From assembly GCA_964643225.1 (NCBI GenBank), contig CAZXQT010000003.1, positions 45,504 to 109,503 on the forward strand: a stretch of DNA of 64,000 nt. The letters run 5' to 3'. Shown here piece after piece: positions 8,620 to 18,132 of the stretch. The stretch comes from an uncultured Lentimicrobium sp. (GTDB taxonomy: Bacteria > Bacteroidota > Bacteroidia > Bacteroidales > Lentimicrobiaceae). The position numbers and the translations under genes are program-made. How positions within the stretch are numbered: position 1 is the first letter of the stretch; every line of letters begins with the position of its first letter. The notes under the pieces were generated by a model, which had not been told where the DNA came from, did not search any database, and worked only from the letters and a program-made list of their open reading frames with translations.

Positions 8620-11050
8620 CCCTCCGCGAAATGCCTGTCAGGATTTCATAGGGGATTGTGTGCATTATTTCAGCAAGATCTGATATTGATATTTCTTTGC
8701 CGAAGATCACCACCTCATCGCCTTCTTCTGCATCCAGACCGGTTACGTCAATTACCGTCATATCCATGTTGATATTGCCTATGATAGGCGCTATGGTTCC
8801 CTTAATCCACATTGATCCGGCCCCGTTGCCAAGCTGTCGTCCCAGACCATCGGCATACCCTATCGGCACAATGGCAATAGTGGTCTCTTTTGATGCTGTC
8901 CACCGGCAGTTATAGCCGACAGATTCACCGGCAGCAATGACTTTGATCTGTGAAATGGAAGACTTCAGGCTATTCACAATTTCGAGTTTATCAGAAACAT
9001 CCTTTACAGGAGAAATGCCATAAAGGGAAATGCCTAAGCGCACCATTTCGTACTGGGCATGCGGGTGCCGTATAATACCGGCCGAATTGAGAATATGGCG
9101 TATAAACGGATAGCCGGTTTCCTGCTGAAGCCGGTCAGTCATCCGTTCAAACGCTGAAATTTGTTTAGCTGTGAAGGAGTCAAGTTCAGGGCTTTCACTG
9201 GCTGCCAGATGAGAAAATGCAGACTCTACCCTAACAGCAGGATTTTGTTTGAGGACTTCTGCCAGTTCAGCAAGGTCGTTTTCCATAAAACCCAGGCGGT
9301 GCATGCCCGTGTCAAGTTTAATATGTACAGGAGCTGATGAGGGAGTAGTTCTCTCCAGTGCTTTCAGATACAGTTGCAGGGTCCTGATGGAGTAAATTTC
9401 AGGTTCAAGGTTGTACCGAACCATTGCCTCCATGCCTGAAATTTCAGGATTCATGACCATGATGGGCAGACTTATTCCGGCTTTGCGCAGCTCTACACCT
9501 TCATCTGCGTAAGCTACTGCAAGATAATCTGTATGGTGGAACTGCAGAGCATTGGCAATCTCGAAACTTCCGCTGCCGTATGAAAACGCCTTAACCATAG
9601 CCATTATACGGGTGCCCGGCTTAATGAGCGTACGGAAGTAATTGAGATTGTGTATAAGTGCATTAAGGTTTACCTCGAGAATGGTTTCATGCGATTTTTG
9701 TTCCAGCAACGCCTGTATTCGTTCAAAGGCGAAAACGCGGGCCCCTTTTATAAGAATTGTTTCATTGCGGAAAGATAGTGCACTGAAGGAAGACAAAAAA
9801 TCAGTAGTTGAAGCGTAGGTTTCTGTCTTCATCGGGAAGAGCCGGATGTGCTGACTGATGTCGTTGCCAATACCTATAACACGTGTTATCCCTTTTGATA
9901 CCAGCAGTGAGGCAATGGTAGTATAAAGTTGTTCAGCCGGAGTGCCGCTCTGCAGCATATCTGAAATAATAACAGTACGCTTTTCATGCTGTGACTGCTG
10001 CTTGAGAAAATCAAGGGCTATGGCCAGCGAGTCGGGGTCGTTGCTGTAAGTATCGTTAATGATGAGGCACCCGTTAACACCCTCTTTTAGCTCCAGGCGC
10101 ATTGCAACCGGTTGAAGCATAGCCATTCTGCTGCGAATAACTTCAGGACCATAGCCGAGAAACAGCATAAGGCTCATGCAATGCATGGCATTTTCGAATG
10201 AGGCTTCATCGGTAAACGGTATAGTTATGCTGAAATGCTTTTGGTTAAATTGTACCGTTATGTGGGTTGATTTGCGATCAGTTTTGGTTTCAATAATTCG
10301 TATGTTCGACTCCTCATGTCGCCCCCAGTGCAATTTGAGCAAAGGCAAAGCCTTTACATGGTAATGAATAATTTCATGGTCACGGCAATAGATAAGATGT
10401 TGACTGTTTTTAAACAGCTTCAGTTTTTCTGTTGTTTTTTCATCGTGCGAAATAAAAAACTGATCGTGAGCCTTGCCGATGTTCGTAATTATACCGATGT
10501 CCGGTTTTATGATGGGTTCCAGCTTTTCCATTTCGCCCGGCTGAGAAATGCCGGCTTCGAAAATACCCAGGTTATGCAGAGAATTTATCTGCCAGACAGA
10601 TAAAGGAACTCCTGTTTGAGAGTTATAGCTTTGCGGACTACGTACAATGGTTTTTTCCTGGTTTAATAATTGCCATAGCCATTCTTTTACCACTGTTTTA
10701 CCGTTGCTTCCCGTTATTCCAATAACCTCGGGATTATACTGATCGCGGTGCCGTGCAGCCAGCTGTTGCAACGCAATCAACGTATTGCCGACTACAATGA
10801 AGTTTGCTTTTGCTGAAAGACCGTCAGGTATATATTGCACACAAAAATTGCCCACCCCTTTTTCGATAAGTTCCCCAATAAACCGGTGACCATCGTTTCT
10901 CTGTGTTATGAGTGCAAAAAAAAGTGCATTGGTTGGTGTTGCTACTTTTCGGCTATCGGTGATCAGGTCGCTGATAACAGAAGGCAAACCCTCTGCATAC
11001 AGTTTACCTGATACAATTTCACATACCTGACTGATTGTGTATTGTTGCAT
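8594..11050 (-). CDS. alr: Bifunctional MurF / alanine racemase fusion
   Basis: N-terminal Mur ligase (DSRK, ITGSNGKT, NDTYSND) and C-terminal Alr (AMVKAFSYGSG with PLP Lys, HIKLDTGMHRLG, PIGYADG). Confidence 0.95.
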   Translation of the reverse strand: MQQYTISQVCEIVSGKLYAEGLPSVISDLITDSRKVATPTNALFFALITQRNDGHRFIGELIEKGVGNFCVQYIPDGLSAKANFIVVGNTLIALQQLAARHRDQYNPEVIGITGSNGKTVVKEWLWQLLNQEKTIVRSPQSYNSQTGVPLSVWQINSLHNLGIFEAGISQPGEMEKLEPIIKPDIGIITNIGKAHDQFFISHDEKTTEKLKLFKNSQHLIYCRDHEIIHYHVKALPLLKLHWGRHEESNIRIIETKTDRKSTHITVQFNQKHFSITIPFTDEASFENAMHCMSLMLFLGYGPEVIRSRMAMLQPVAMRLELKEGVNGCLIINDTYSNDPDSLAIALDFLKQQSQHEKRTVIISDMLQSGTPAEQLYTTIASLLVSKGITRVIGIGNDISQHIRLFPMKTETYASTTDFLSSFSALSFRNETILIKGARVFAFERIQALLEQKSHETILEVNLNALIHNLNYFRTLIKPGTRIMAMVKAFSYGSGSFEIANALQFHHTDYLAVAYADEGVELRKAGISLPIMVMNPEISGMEAMVRYNLEPEIYSIRTLQLYLKALERTTPSSAPVHIKLDTGMHRLGFMENDLAELAEVLKQNPAVRVESAFSHLAASESPELDSFTAKQISAFERMTDRLQQETGYPFIRHILNSAGIIRHPHAQYEMVRLGISLYGISPVKDVSDKLEIVNSLKSSISQIKVIAAGESVGYNCRWTASKETTIAIVPIGYADGLGRQLGNGAGSMWIKGTIAPIIGNINMDMTVIDVTGLDAEEGDEVVIFGKEISISDLAEIMHTIPYEILTGISRRVKRIYYQE

Positions 11051-11073
11051 ATGCCGGGCGTTAGTGCACTAGG

Positions 11074-12144
11074 CTAACTTTCCGTTTCGTGACGGGTAGC
11101 TTTGAGTGGGTTGGCTGTAATTTCAGCATGCTGTTTACGATTGCTTACAATATCGCAGGCCAGATACATGGCTGCCCTGAACGAGTCAGGTGATGCAAGA
11201 TCTTTGCCTGCTATTTCAAATGCGGTACCATGTGCAGGTGAAGTTCTTACTACCGGCAGCCCGGCTGTGAAGTTAACTCCTGATTCGAATGACAATGTTT
11301 TGAATGGTATAAGTCCCTGATCATGGTACATGGCAAGAATGCCATCAAATTTTCTGAAGTACGATGAACCGAAGAATCCGTCGGCAGGGAATGGTCCGAA
11401 TACCAGCTGTCCATTATCTTTTGCTTTTTCGATCGCCGGGATTATGATGCTATTCTCTTCGCTGCCAAGCAATCCGTCGTCCCCTGCATGCGGGTTAAGA
11501 CCCAGTATGGCAATGCGGGGTGCTCTTATGCCGAAATCCATAACCAGCGATCTGTGCATTATATCAATCTTTTGCTGAATTAGCTGGGCTGTAATTGTCC
11601 GTGATACTTCATGCAGTGGTATATGCCCGGTAATTACACCGATGCGCAGATTATTGCTTACCATTAGCATGAGGTAGTCCTGTACATTAAATTTACTGGC
11701 AAGGTATTCGGTATGACCCGGAAAGTGAAATGTATCGCTCTGGATAGTTTTCTTATTAATGGGACCGGTAACCAGTGCCTCAATTGCTCCACGCTTTAGG
11801 TCTTCTACTGCTGTTTCGAGTGATAGAAGTGCTTGCTCACCGGCTTGCGTGCTTGGCTTGCCAAAATCAATGCGAACGTCGTTATCGTGAAGGTTTAACA
11901 AGTTTGCCTTTTTTGGACTTAATGCTTCCGTTTTCTTGATAATGTGGAAATTAAAGTCCTGCAGATTTATAGCTTTCTTATGATACGATGCAACTTTGGT
12001 TAACCCATAAACAACAGGAGTAAGTAATTCGTATAATCGGTTATCGGATAGCGATTTCAGTATTACTTCATATCCTATACCATTTAAATCGCCGGTGGAG
12101 ATTCCTATAACCGGTTTTATGTCACTTTCAGGCGCTTTGCTCAT
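11074..12144 (-). CDS. pdxA: 4-hydroxythreonine-4-phosphate dehydrogenase
   Basis: GDLNGIGYE, FPGHTEYL, LGLNPHAG, AMYHDQGL, RTSPAHGTA. Confidence 0.95.
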   Translation of the reverse strand: MSKAPESDIKPVIGISTGDLNGIGYEVILKSLSDNRLYELLTPVVYGLTKVASYHKKAINLQDFNFHIIKKTEALSPKKANLLNLHDNDVRIDFGKPSTQAGEQALLSLETAVEDLKRGAIEALVTGPINKKTIQSDTFHFPGHTEYLASKFNVQDYLMLMVSNNLRIGVITGHIPLHEVSRTITAQLIQQKIDIMHRSLVMDFGIRAPRIAILGLNPHAGDDGLLGSEENSIIIPAIEKAKDNGQLVFGPFPADGFFGSSYFRKFDGILAMYHDQGLIPFKTLSFESGVNFTAGLPVVRTSPAHGTAFEIAGKDLASPDSFRAAMYLACDIVSNRKQHAEITANPLKATRHETES

Positions 12145-12162
12145 AATTTACGAATATTTAGG

Positions 12163-12170
12163 CAAAGATA
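12163..12170 (-). promoter_or_regulatory. Bacteroidota housekeeping -7 box for pdxA-alr
   Basis: CAAAGATA on + strand = TATCTTTG on - strand (TAnnTTTG), about 20 nt upstream of the pdxA start. Confidence 0.65.
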
Positions 12171-12204
12171 ATATTTTGCTATATTAGCGGAAAATAAAAA
12201 ACCG

Positions 12205-12969
12205 ATGACAACCAGCTACTTTGTATCAGACCTGCATGGGGATAAAAAAAAATACGAAATGTTGTCGCAGGAAGTATTAGCAAACAAACCATCGTTTTTG
12301 TTTATCGGAGGAGATTTATTGCCGCATGTTAAGGCATCCGATAAAGAAAAGAACCCGGTTCCCAATCCGTTTATTACGGATTTCATGATACCGCTCTTTG
12401 GTAAACTAAGCAGGCAGCTAGGATGCAATTACCCTGAGGTTTATCTGATACCCGGGAACGATGATTACATTGCCGATATGCCGGGTCTGGAACTTGGTGC
12501 AAAGAAGGAACTCTGGAAACTCGCTGATAACCGTAAACTTAAGTTTGGACCTTATTTCATCTACGGATATCCCTATGTTCCTCCAACCCCCTTTAGAAAC
12601 AAGGACTGGGAGAAGACGGAAGAACAGATTGCAGCTGATCTTGAAACTTTAGCAAACGACCAGCCGATGGAGAAAGCGGTCTTTTTAATGCACTCGCCTC
12701 CGTACAATTGTTTCCTTGATCAGATTCAAGGTGGGATATCGGTTGGAAGTAAAGCTATTGCATCCTTTATCAGCGAAAAGCAACCATATATTACGATGCA
12801 TGGGCATATTCACGAATCGTCTGCATTAACTGGTAACTGGAAGGAACAATTCGGGCGCACGCATTCTTTTTCTGCGGCATGGGGTGGAAAGGAACTGGCT
12901 ATAGTGGTGTTTAAAATAGAGAACCCTGCTGAAAATGAACGCCGGTTAATCAGCCCGCAAGTTCAATGA
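12205..12969 (+). CDS. Calcineurin-like metallophosphoesterase (Icc-related)
   Basis: SDLHG, GGDLL, PGNDD, HSPPY, HGHIHE metal-binding motifs. Confidence 0.88.
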   Translation: MTTSYFVSDLHGDKKKYEMLSQEVLANKPSFLFIGGDLLPHVKASDKEKNPVPNPFITDFMIPLFGKLSRQLGCNYPEVYLIPGNDDYIADMPGLELGAKKELWKLADNRKLKFGPYFIYGYPYVPPTPFRNKDWEKTEEQIAADLETLANDQPMEKAVFLMHSPPYNCFLDQIQGGISVGSKAIASFISEKQPYITMHGHIHESSALTGNWKEQFGRTHSFSAAWGGKELAIVVFKIENPAENERRLISPQVQ

Positions 12970-14248
12970 TATATTCTTCAAGGTATTTCATTACGATGCC
13001 GGTAGCACCTGTGCGCTGGCTTACATAATTACGGGCAGCTTCTGAGTATGCTCTGAGTTTATCACTATCGTCAATAAACGACCCAACGAGGTCTGTTAGT
13101 TCCCGGGCATCTTTTATACTTTCAGATGCTTTTACAGCAATAAGGTCATATGCTTCCCTGAAGCGCTGGTAATTTGGTCCGAAGATTACGGGCATGCCAT
13201 AAACAGCAGCTTCCAGTGTATTATGAATACCAACCCCGAATCCTCCTCCGATATAGGCTATTTGGCCGTAATGGTATATCCGCGAAAGCAGACCGATGGA
13301 ATCGACAACAAGAATATCGTGACCGGGAAGCTGGTTAAGTTGTGCACGGCTCATGGACTGATAATCGCTCAGTTTAATGGCTTTATTTCCATATTCAGCA
13401 ACCAGTGCATCAATATGATGAATATTGATTTCATGGGGTGCAATGATAATCTTTAATTTGCCCGATAATTGATTGTACATCTGCCTTAGCAGAGCTTCGT
13501 CGGGAGCCCAGGTGCTGCCAGCTACCAGAACAGGGTAACCATTGCAAAAACGTCCTATCTCAGGCAACTTTTCCGCCAGTTCCTTTATCCGGGTTACCCG
13601 GTCAAAGCGGGTATCGCCCGAAACGGTTACATTGTTAACATCAATGAGGTTGAGTAATTCGGCCGATTTCTCATCCTGCACAAAAATATGGTCAAGTTTA
13701 CGCAAATGGGTTCTGAACCAACCTCCATACCAACGGAAGAAATGCTGTTGTGGCCTGAAAATTGCCGATACAGTGAAGGTTGGTATTTTATGTGTATGGA
13801 GTTCGTTCAGGTAATTAAACCAGAATTCGTACTTTACAAAGATGGCTATGGCTGGTGAAACGGTGCGAATGAAACGACGTGCATTATTTGGTGTGTCGAG
13901 CGGTAAATACAAAACACAATCCGCCTCGGAGGATGCCGACTTGCTTCTGTAACCGGAAGGGCTGAAAAAGGTGAGAAGTATAAAATAATTTGGAAATGTA
14001 TGTTTGATTTCCTGAATAATGGGACGCCCTTGCTCAAATTCTCCCAGAGATGCGCAGTGAATCCATACAATGGGTGAAGGGTCTTCGGCTGCATAATGCG
14101 CCAAAAAAACCTCATCGAGTTTGGTAAATAATTGGCTTCGACCATAGAACCAGTCGCGGGCCTTTTGATTAAAGAGAGCTAATATCCTCAGGGCTAAACC
14201 ATATAATGCAATACCAGTGCTGTACAATAAACGCATGATCTTGTCCAT
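12950..14248 (-). CDS. kdtA: 3-deoxy-D-manno-octulosonic acid (Kdo) transferase
   Basis: WIHCASLGEFEQ, LTFFSPSG, YLPLD, FVKYEFW, GDTRFDRV, AGSTW, HNTLEAA. Likely start is ATG 14248 or 14236, not 14308. Confidence 0.93.
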   Translation of the reverse strand: MDKIMRLLYSTGIALYGLALRILALFNQKARDWFYGRSQLFTKLDEVFLAHYAAEDPSPIVWIHCASLGEFEQGRPIIQEIKHTFPNYFILLTFFSPSGYRSKSASSEADCVLYLPLDTPNNARRFIRTVSPAIAIFVKYEFWFNYLNELHTHKIPTFTVSAIFRPQQHFFRWYGGWFRTHLRKLDHIFVQDEKSAELLNLIDVNNVTVSGDTRFDRVTRIKELAEKLPEIGRFCNGYPVLVAGSTWAPDEALLRQMYNQLSGKLKIIIAPHEINIHHIDALVAEYGNKAIKLSDYQSMSRAQLNQLPGHDILVVDSIGLLSRIYHYGQIAYIGGGFGVGIHNTLEAAVYGMPVIFGPNYQRFREAYDLIAVKASESIKDARELTDLVGSFIDDSDKLRAYSEAARNYVSQRTGATGIVMKYLEEYIIELAG

Positions 14249-14252
14249 GAGG

Positions 14253-15032
14253 TTAATAAAAATAATATTCTTTAGGTGCCCGTTTGTAAATAGGAATAAA
14301 CCATCCAACCTTTACACCCAGGAAACTATCAGTAAAGTTACCGCTGTTGTATGTTTGGCGGACAAAGGAATAGGGCCTTACATGGGTTGTGAATGCCAGG
14401 GTATAATCAATTCCGGCATAAAAATTTATAACTTTGGTATTCCCCAGGAAAATGTACCCGGCAAAGAAATTTACTGCAGGCCCCTGTTTTAGTTCATCGT
14501 ATCCTTTGGTATAATCACCGGTTATCTGAGGGGCAGTTTTATCGGGGTGCTCAATGTAAATTTTGTGTTGAATGTAACCTCCTCCAATGCCCAATGCAAC
14601 GCCGGAGTTGGTATTTGGACCGAGAGGCAGAAGTTTGCCTGTGCGAGCCAATATACTGTAACCACGTTCAAAGAAACGATAATCAGCATAAGTACCTTCC
14701 AGATCAACAATATTGCCATCCGAAGTCTCTATGTTTTCGAGTATGTTATTGCTGTTCTTTACCTGGTCACCAAACATAAAACCACCTTCAATTCCCCATA
14801 ACCAGTTCCTGTTGGTTTTATACAGGTATGCCGGACCAACCATTGAATTCCATCCAAAGCGCTTACTTACATCACCACCCGGAATCTGTGTTGCGTAGTA
14901 TCCCTGTACCAGATGCATAGAAATTGTGGAGTCTGCAATGTTTTTTTGTGCTATAACCTGCACAGGTTTATACAGCAGAAAGACTGACAATAGAAGGAGC
15001 GAGGGAAGAGTTATGGAGCTAATTATTTTCAT
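14253..15032 (-). CDS. Hypothetical outer-membrane beta-barrel protein
   Basis: Signal peptide ending VIA-Q, alternating aromatic/hydrophobic strands, C-terminal ...GVKVGWFIPIYKRAPKEYYFY. Confidence 0.65.
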   Translation of the reverse strand: MKIISSITLPSLLLLSVFLLYKPVQVIAQKNIADSTISMHLVQGYYATQIPGGDVSKRFGWNSMVGPAYLYKTNRNWLWGIEGGFMFGDQVKNSNNILENIETSDGNIVDLEGTYADYRFFERGYSILARTGKLLPLGPNTNSGVALGIGGGYIQHKIYIEHPDKTAPQITGDYTKGYDELKQGPAVNFFAGYIFLGNTKVINFYAGIDYTLAFTTHVRPYSFVRQTYNSGNFTDSFLGVKVGWFIPIYKRAPKEYYFY

Positions 15033-15057
15033 TTCCTGGTTAGGGTGAATTAATGCA

Positions 15058-15065
15058 CAAATATA
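15058..15065 (-). promoter_or_regulatory. -7 box for the beta-barrel/kdtA unit
   Basis: CAAATATA on + strand = TATATTTG on - strand. Confidence 0.6.
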
Positions 15066-15134
15066 CTAATTAGATTGACGAAGAAATCATTTAAGCTTTG
15101 CACAAAGAGCTAATTAACAAAGAAACCAATGTTG

Positions 15135-15142
15135 TATCTTTG
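15135..15142 (+). promoter_or_regulatory. -7 box for the degT operon
   Basis: TATCTTTG about 50 nt upstream of ATG 15191. Confidence 0.65.
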
Positions 15143-15190
15143 CGGGAAATGGTAATAATTCTGTAACACTCATTTCAACAAAAATCCCCA

Positions 15191-16318
15191 ATGAACAAGA
15201 TCTCCATGGTCGACTTAAAAGGCCAATACACTAAAATCAAGGATCAGATTGATACAGCAATAGCAGACGTAATTGATTCCACCGCATTCATAAACGGACC
15301 TGCAGTGAAGAACTTTCAGGAAAACCTGCAGGAATATCTGGGGGTAAAACATGTTATTCCGTGTGCCAATGGTACCGATGCGCTGCAAATTTCTATGATG
15401 GCTCTGAATCTGAAGCCAGGTGATGAGGTAATAACCACTTCATTCACCTTTATTGCTACGGCAGAAGTTATTGCCTTACTAGGCCTTACACCGGTGGTGG
15501 TAGATGTTGATCCGGATACTTTTAATATTGATCCGGCTGCAATTAGAAGAGCTATTACACCCAGAACAAAAGCTGTAGTACCTGTACATCTGTTTGGTCA
15601 GTGTGCAGATATGGAGGCCATTCTGGCAATGGCAGAAGAATATAACCTTTACGTTATAGAAGATGCATGTCAGTCAATCGGAGCAGATTACATTTATAAA
15701 GACGGCAGTCTTAAAAAATCAGGAACAATTGGTCACGTAGGATGTACTTCGTTCTTCCCGAGTAAAAATCTGGGGTGCTATGGTGATGGTGGAGCAATGT
15801 TTACCAACGACGATGAGCTGGCCAAACAACTTCGCGTTATGGCTAACCATGGAATGGTTGTTAGATATTACCATGATTATATTGGGGTTAACAGTCGTCT
15901 GGATAGTATACAGGCAGCTATCCTCGGGGTGAAGCTTCCGATGCTGGACTCTTATAATGATGCCCGGCGGAAAGCAGCAGATTATTACGACAGAGTTTTT
16001 GCCGGTCATCCAAAATTAAAAATCCCGACAAGGGCAGCTCATTCTACCCATGTTTTTCATCAGTACACCCTTGTAACATCGGGCGTTGATCGTAATGCGC
16101 TTGTTGAACACATGGCACAACATGGAGTGCCGGTAATGATTTATTATCCTGTGCCATTGCACATGCAGAAAGCATATCTTGACCCCAGGTACAAACAAGG
16201 TGATTTCCCTGTAACTGAACATTTATGTAAAACGGTGATTTCACTGCCTATGCACACGGAGCTTGATGAAGAACAACTGCAATTTATTACATCAACCCTG
16301 CTGGGCTATATTTCATAA
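15191..16318 (+). CDS. DegT/DnrJ/EryC1/StrS sugar aminotransferase (WbpE-like)
   Basis: ANGTDAL, VHLFGQCAD, IEDACQS, SFFPSKNLGCYGDGGA (PLP Lys), NSRLDSIQAA. Confidence 0.93.
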   Translation: MNKISMVDLKGQYTKIKDQIDTAIADVIDSTAFINGPAVKNFQENLQEYLGVKHVIPCANGTDALQISMMALNLKPGDEVITTSFTFIATAEVIALLGLTPVVVDVDPDTFNIDPAAIRRAITPRTKAVVPVHLFGQCADMEAILAMAEEYNLYVIEDACQSIGADYIYKDGSLKKSGTIGHVGCTSFFPSKNLGCYGDGGAMFTNDDELAKQLRVMANHGMVVRYYHDYIGVNSRLDSIQAAILGVKLPMLDSYNDARRKAADYYDRVFAGHPKLKIPTRAAHSTHVFHQYTLVTSGVDRNALVEHMAQHGVPVMIYYPVPLHMQKAYLDPRYKQGDFPVTEHLCKTVISLPMHTELDEEQLQFITSTLLGYIS

Positions 16319-16320
16319 AC

Positions 16321-16400
16321 AGGATTGTATTTTTTATTGCCTGAACGATTTAAGGACAGGATAGTTACTATTATAGTTTATTATTAAGGATTGTATTTTT
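16321..16400 (+). repeat. 14-bp direct repeat AGGATTGTATTTTT at both ends of the degT-acetyltransferase spacer
   Basis: Copies at 16321-16334 and 16387-16400. Confidence 0.85.
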
Positions 16401-16401
16401 C

Positions 16402-16998
16402 ATGGAAGAAATTAAGGAATATTTTGCGCATGAAACCGCTGTTATTGACAGCGGCTGCACCATTGGCAGCGGAGTGAAGATATGGCACTTCAGCCATATT
16501 ATGTCGGGGTGTGTGATTGGTGATCATTGCAATATCGGGCAGAATGTAGTTATATCGCCGGATGTTGTTCTTGGGCGCAATGTGAAGGTGCAGAATAATG
16601 TATCTATTTATACCGGAGTAGTTTGCGAAGATGACGTATTTCTTGGCCCTTCGATGGTTTTTACCAATGTAGTAAATCCGCGCAGTGCGGTTAACAGAAG
16701 GGGCTCATACAGCAGAACCGTTGTGAAGAAAGGTGCCTCTATTGGTGCAAATGCTACCATAGTTTGTGGTCATGATATTGGGGAGTATGCATTCATAGGA
16801 GCCGGTGCCGTTGTGACTAAAGAAGTTGCACCCTATGCGCTGGTGATAGGTAATCCGGCAAGGCAAACCGGTTGGATGAGTGAATTCGGTCATAAACTTT
16901 CGTTCAATGACGATGGTATAGCAGAATGTCCTGAAAGCAGGGAGAGGTACATACTTAAAAACGGACGTGTTAAGAAAATAACCAGTAATTATCAGTAA
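16402..16998 (+). CDS. Hexapeptide-repeat sugar N-acetyltransferase (WbpD-like)
   Basis: [50 protein letters not shown]. Confidence 0.9.
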   Translation: MEEIKEYFAHETAVIDSGCTIGSGVKIWHFSHIMSGCVIGDHCNIGQNVVISPDVVLGRNVKVQNNVSIYTGVVCEDDVFLGPSMVFTNVVNPRSAVNRRGSYSRTVVKKGASIGANATIVCGHDIGEYAFIGAGAVVTKEVAPYALVIGNPARQTGWMSEFGHKLSFNDDGIAECPESRERYILKNGRVKKITSNYQ

Positions 16999-17020
16999 TA
17001 ACCAGTAATAACCAGTAATA
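16981..17020 (+). repeat. Tandem 10-bp repeat (A(C/T)CAGTAAT(A/T)) x4 spanning the acetyltransferase stop
   Basis: accagtaatt atcagtaata accagtaata accagtaata. Confidence 0.9.
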
Positions 17021-17033
17021 AAGAAACGCAGTT

Positions 17034-18065
17034 ATGAAGATCCTGGTAACAGGTGGAACCGGTTATATCGGTTCGCACACCGTTGTTGAATTGCAGAATA
17101 AAGGTTTTGAAGTTGTAATTGTCGACAATTTATCAAACTCCTACGCATACGTAGTTGACCGAATAGAAAAGATAACAGGTAAGCGACCTGAGTTTTATGA
17201 TTTTGATCTTGCTGATGCAGGCAAAACAGCTGACTTTTTTCGCACGCATGCTGATCTTGCCGGAATAATACATTTTGCCGCTTATAAAGCAGTTGGTGAG
17301 TCGATGGAGAAGCCGCTGATGTATTATAAGAACAATCTTGAGTCGCTGTTGAACATACTGGAAGGTATGAAAGAGAACAGTATTCACAATCTGGTGTTCT
17401 CCTCATCGTGCACAGTATATGGGCAGCCGGATGAACTTCCTGTAAAAGAAACCTCTCCAATAAAACAGGCATGGTCACCTTACGGTAACACAAAGCAAAT
17501 GTCGGAGGAAATTATACGGTTTGCTGTTAATGCGCATCCGGTTCGGTGCATAGCATTGCGGTATTTTAACCCGATAGGAGCACACGATACAGCTCTGATC
17601 GGTGAATTGCCGATTGGCATACCCAATAATCTGGTGCCTTTTATTACCCAGACAGCCATCGGTAAACGCCAGATGCTGAAGGTGTTTGGTTCAGACTATA
17701 ATACTCCCGATGGTACTGCTATCCGCGATTACATACATGTTGTTGACCTGGCTCAGGCACACGTTGTAGCTATAGACAGGATGATTGAAAAAAGGTCGGC
17801 ACTTGATTTTGAGGTTTTTAATCTTGGTACAGGTAATGGTTTCAGTGTACTGGAAGTAATTAAATCATTTGAAAAGGTTAGCGGTCAGAAATTGAATTAT
17901 GAGATTGTTGGAAGAAGACCCGGTGATGTTGAACAGGTGTGGGCAGATACTTCATTCGCGAATACGGAACTCGGCTGGAAAGCGGAGAGGGATATTGATG
18001 AGATGATGCTTTCGGCCTGGAAATGGGAAGTTGCAATGTCGGAGCAGGAAAAGAAAAGCAAATAA
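17034..18065 (+). CDS. galE: UDP-glucose 4-epimerase
   Basis: GGTGYIGSH, HFAAYKAVGES, FSSSCTVYG, YGNTK, LRYFNPIGAH, RDYIHVVDLA. Confidence 0.96.
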   Translation: MKILVTGGTGYIGSHTVVELQNKGFEVVIVDNLSNSYAYVVDRIEKITGKRPEFYDFDLADAGKTADFFRTHADLAGIIHFAAYKAVGESMEKPLMYYKNNLESLLNILEGMKENSIHNLVFSSSCTVYGQPDELPVKETSPIKQAWSPYGNTKQMSEEIIRFAVNAHPVRCIALRYFNPIGAHDTALIGELPIGIPNNLVPFITQTAIGKRQMLKVFGSDYNTPDGTAIRDYIHVVDLAQAHVVAIDRMIEKRSALDFEVFNLGTGNGFSVLEVIKSFEKVSGQKLNYEIVGRRPGDVEQVWADTSFANTELGWKAERDIDEMMLSAWKWEVAMSEQEKKSK

Positions 18066-18120
18066 GAAAAGCAAATAAGAAAAAAAGCATATAAGCATAT
18101 AATAAGCACAAATAGCATTT
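18051..18120 (+). repeat. Degenerating tandem repeat (AAGAAAAGCAAAT x2, then AAGCA variants) spanning the galE stop
   Basis: aagaaaagcaaat aagaaaagcaaat aagaaaaaaagcatat aagcatataat aagcacaaat agcattt. Confidence 0.8.
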
Positions 18121-18132
18121 ATACAATCAGCC

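Noticed and set aside
8594-11050. MurF-alanine racemase fusion as a novelty
   Set aside because: This is a well-known Bacteroidota fusion.
12244-12252. A9 run near the start of the phosphoesterase, and A8/T8 runs in other genes, as phase-variation tracts
   Set aside because: All frames are intact and runs of this length are common at this AT content; read-level data would be needed.
16981-18120. Short tandem repeats as a CRISPR array or transposon ends
   Set aside because: Units are 10-14 bp with no unique spacers, and there are no cas or transposase genes.
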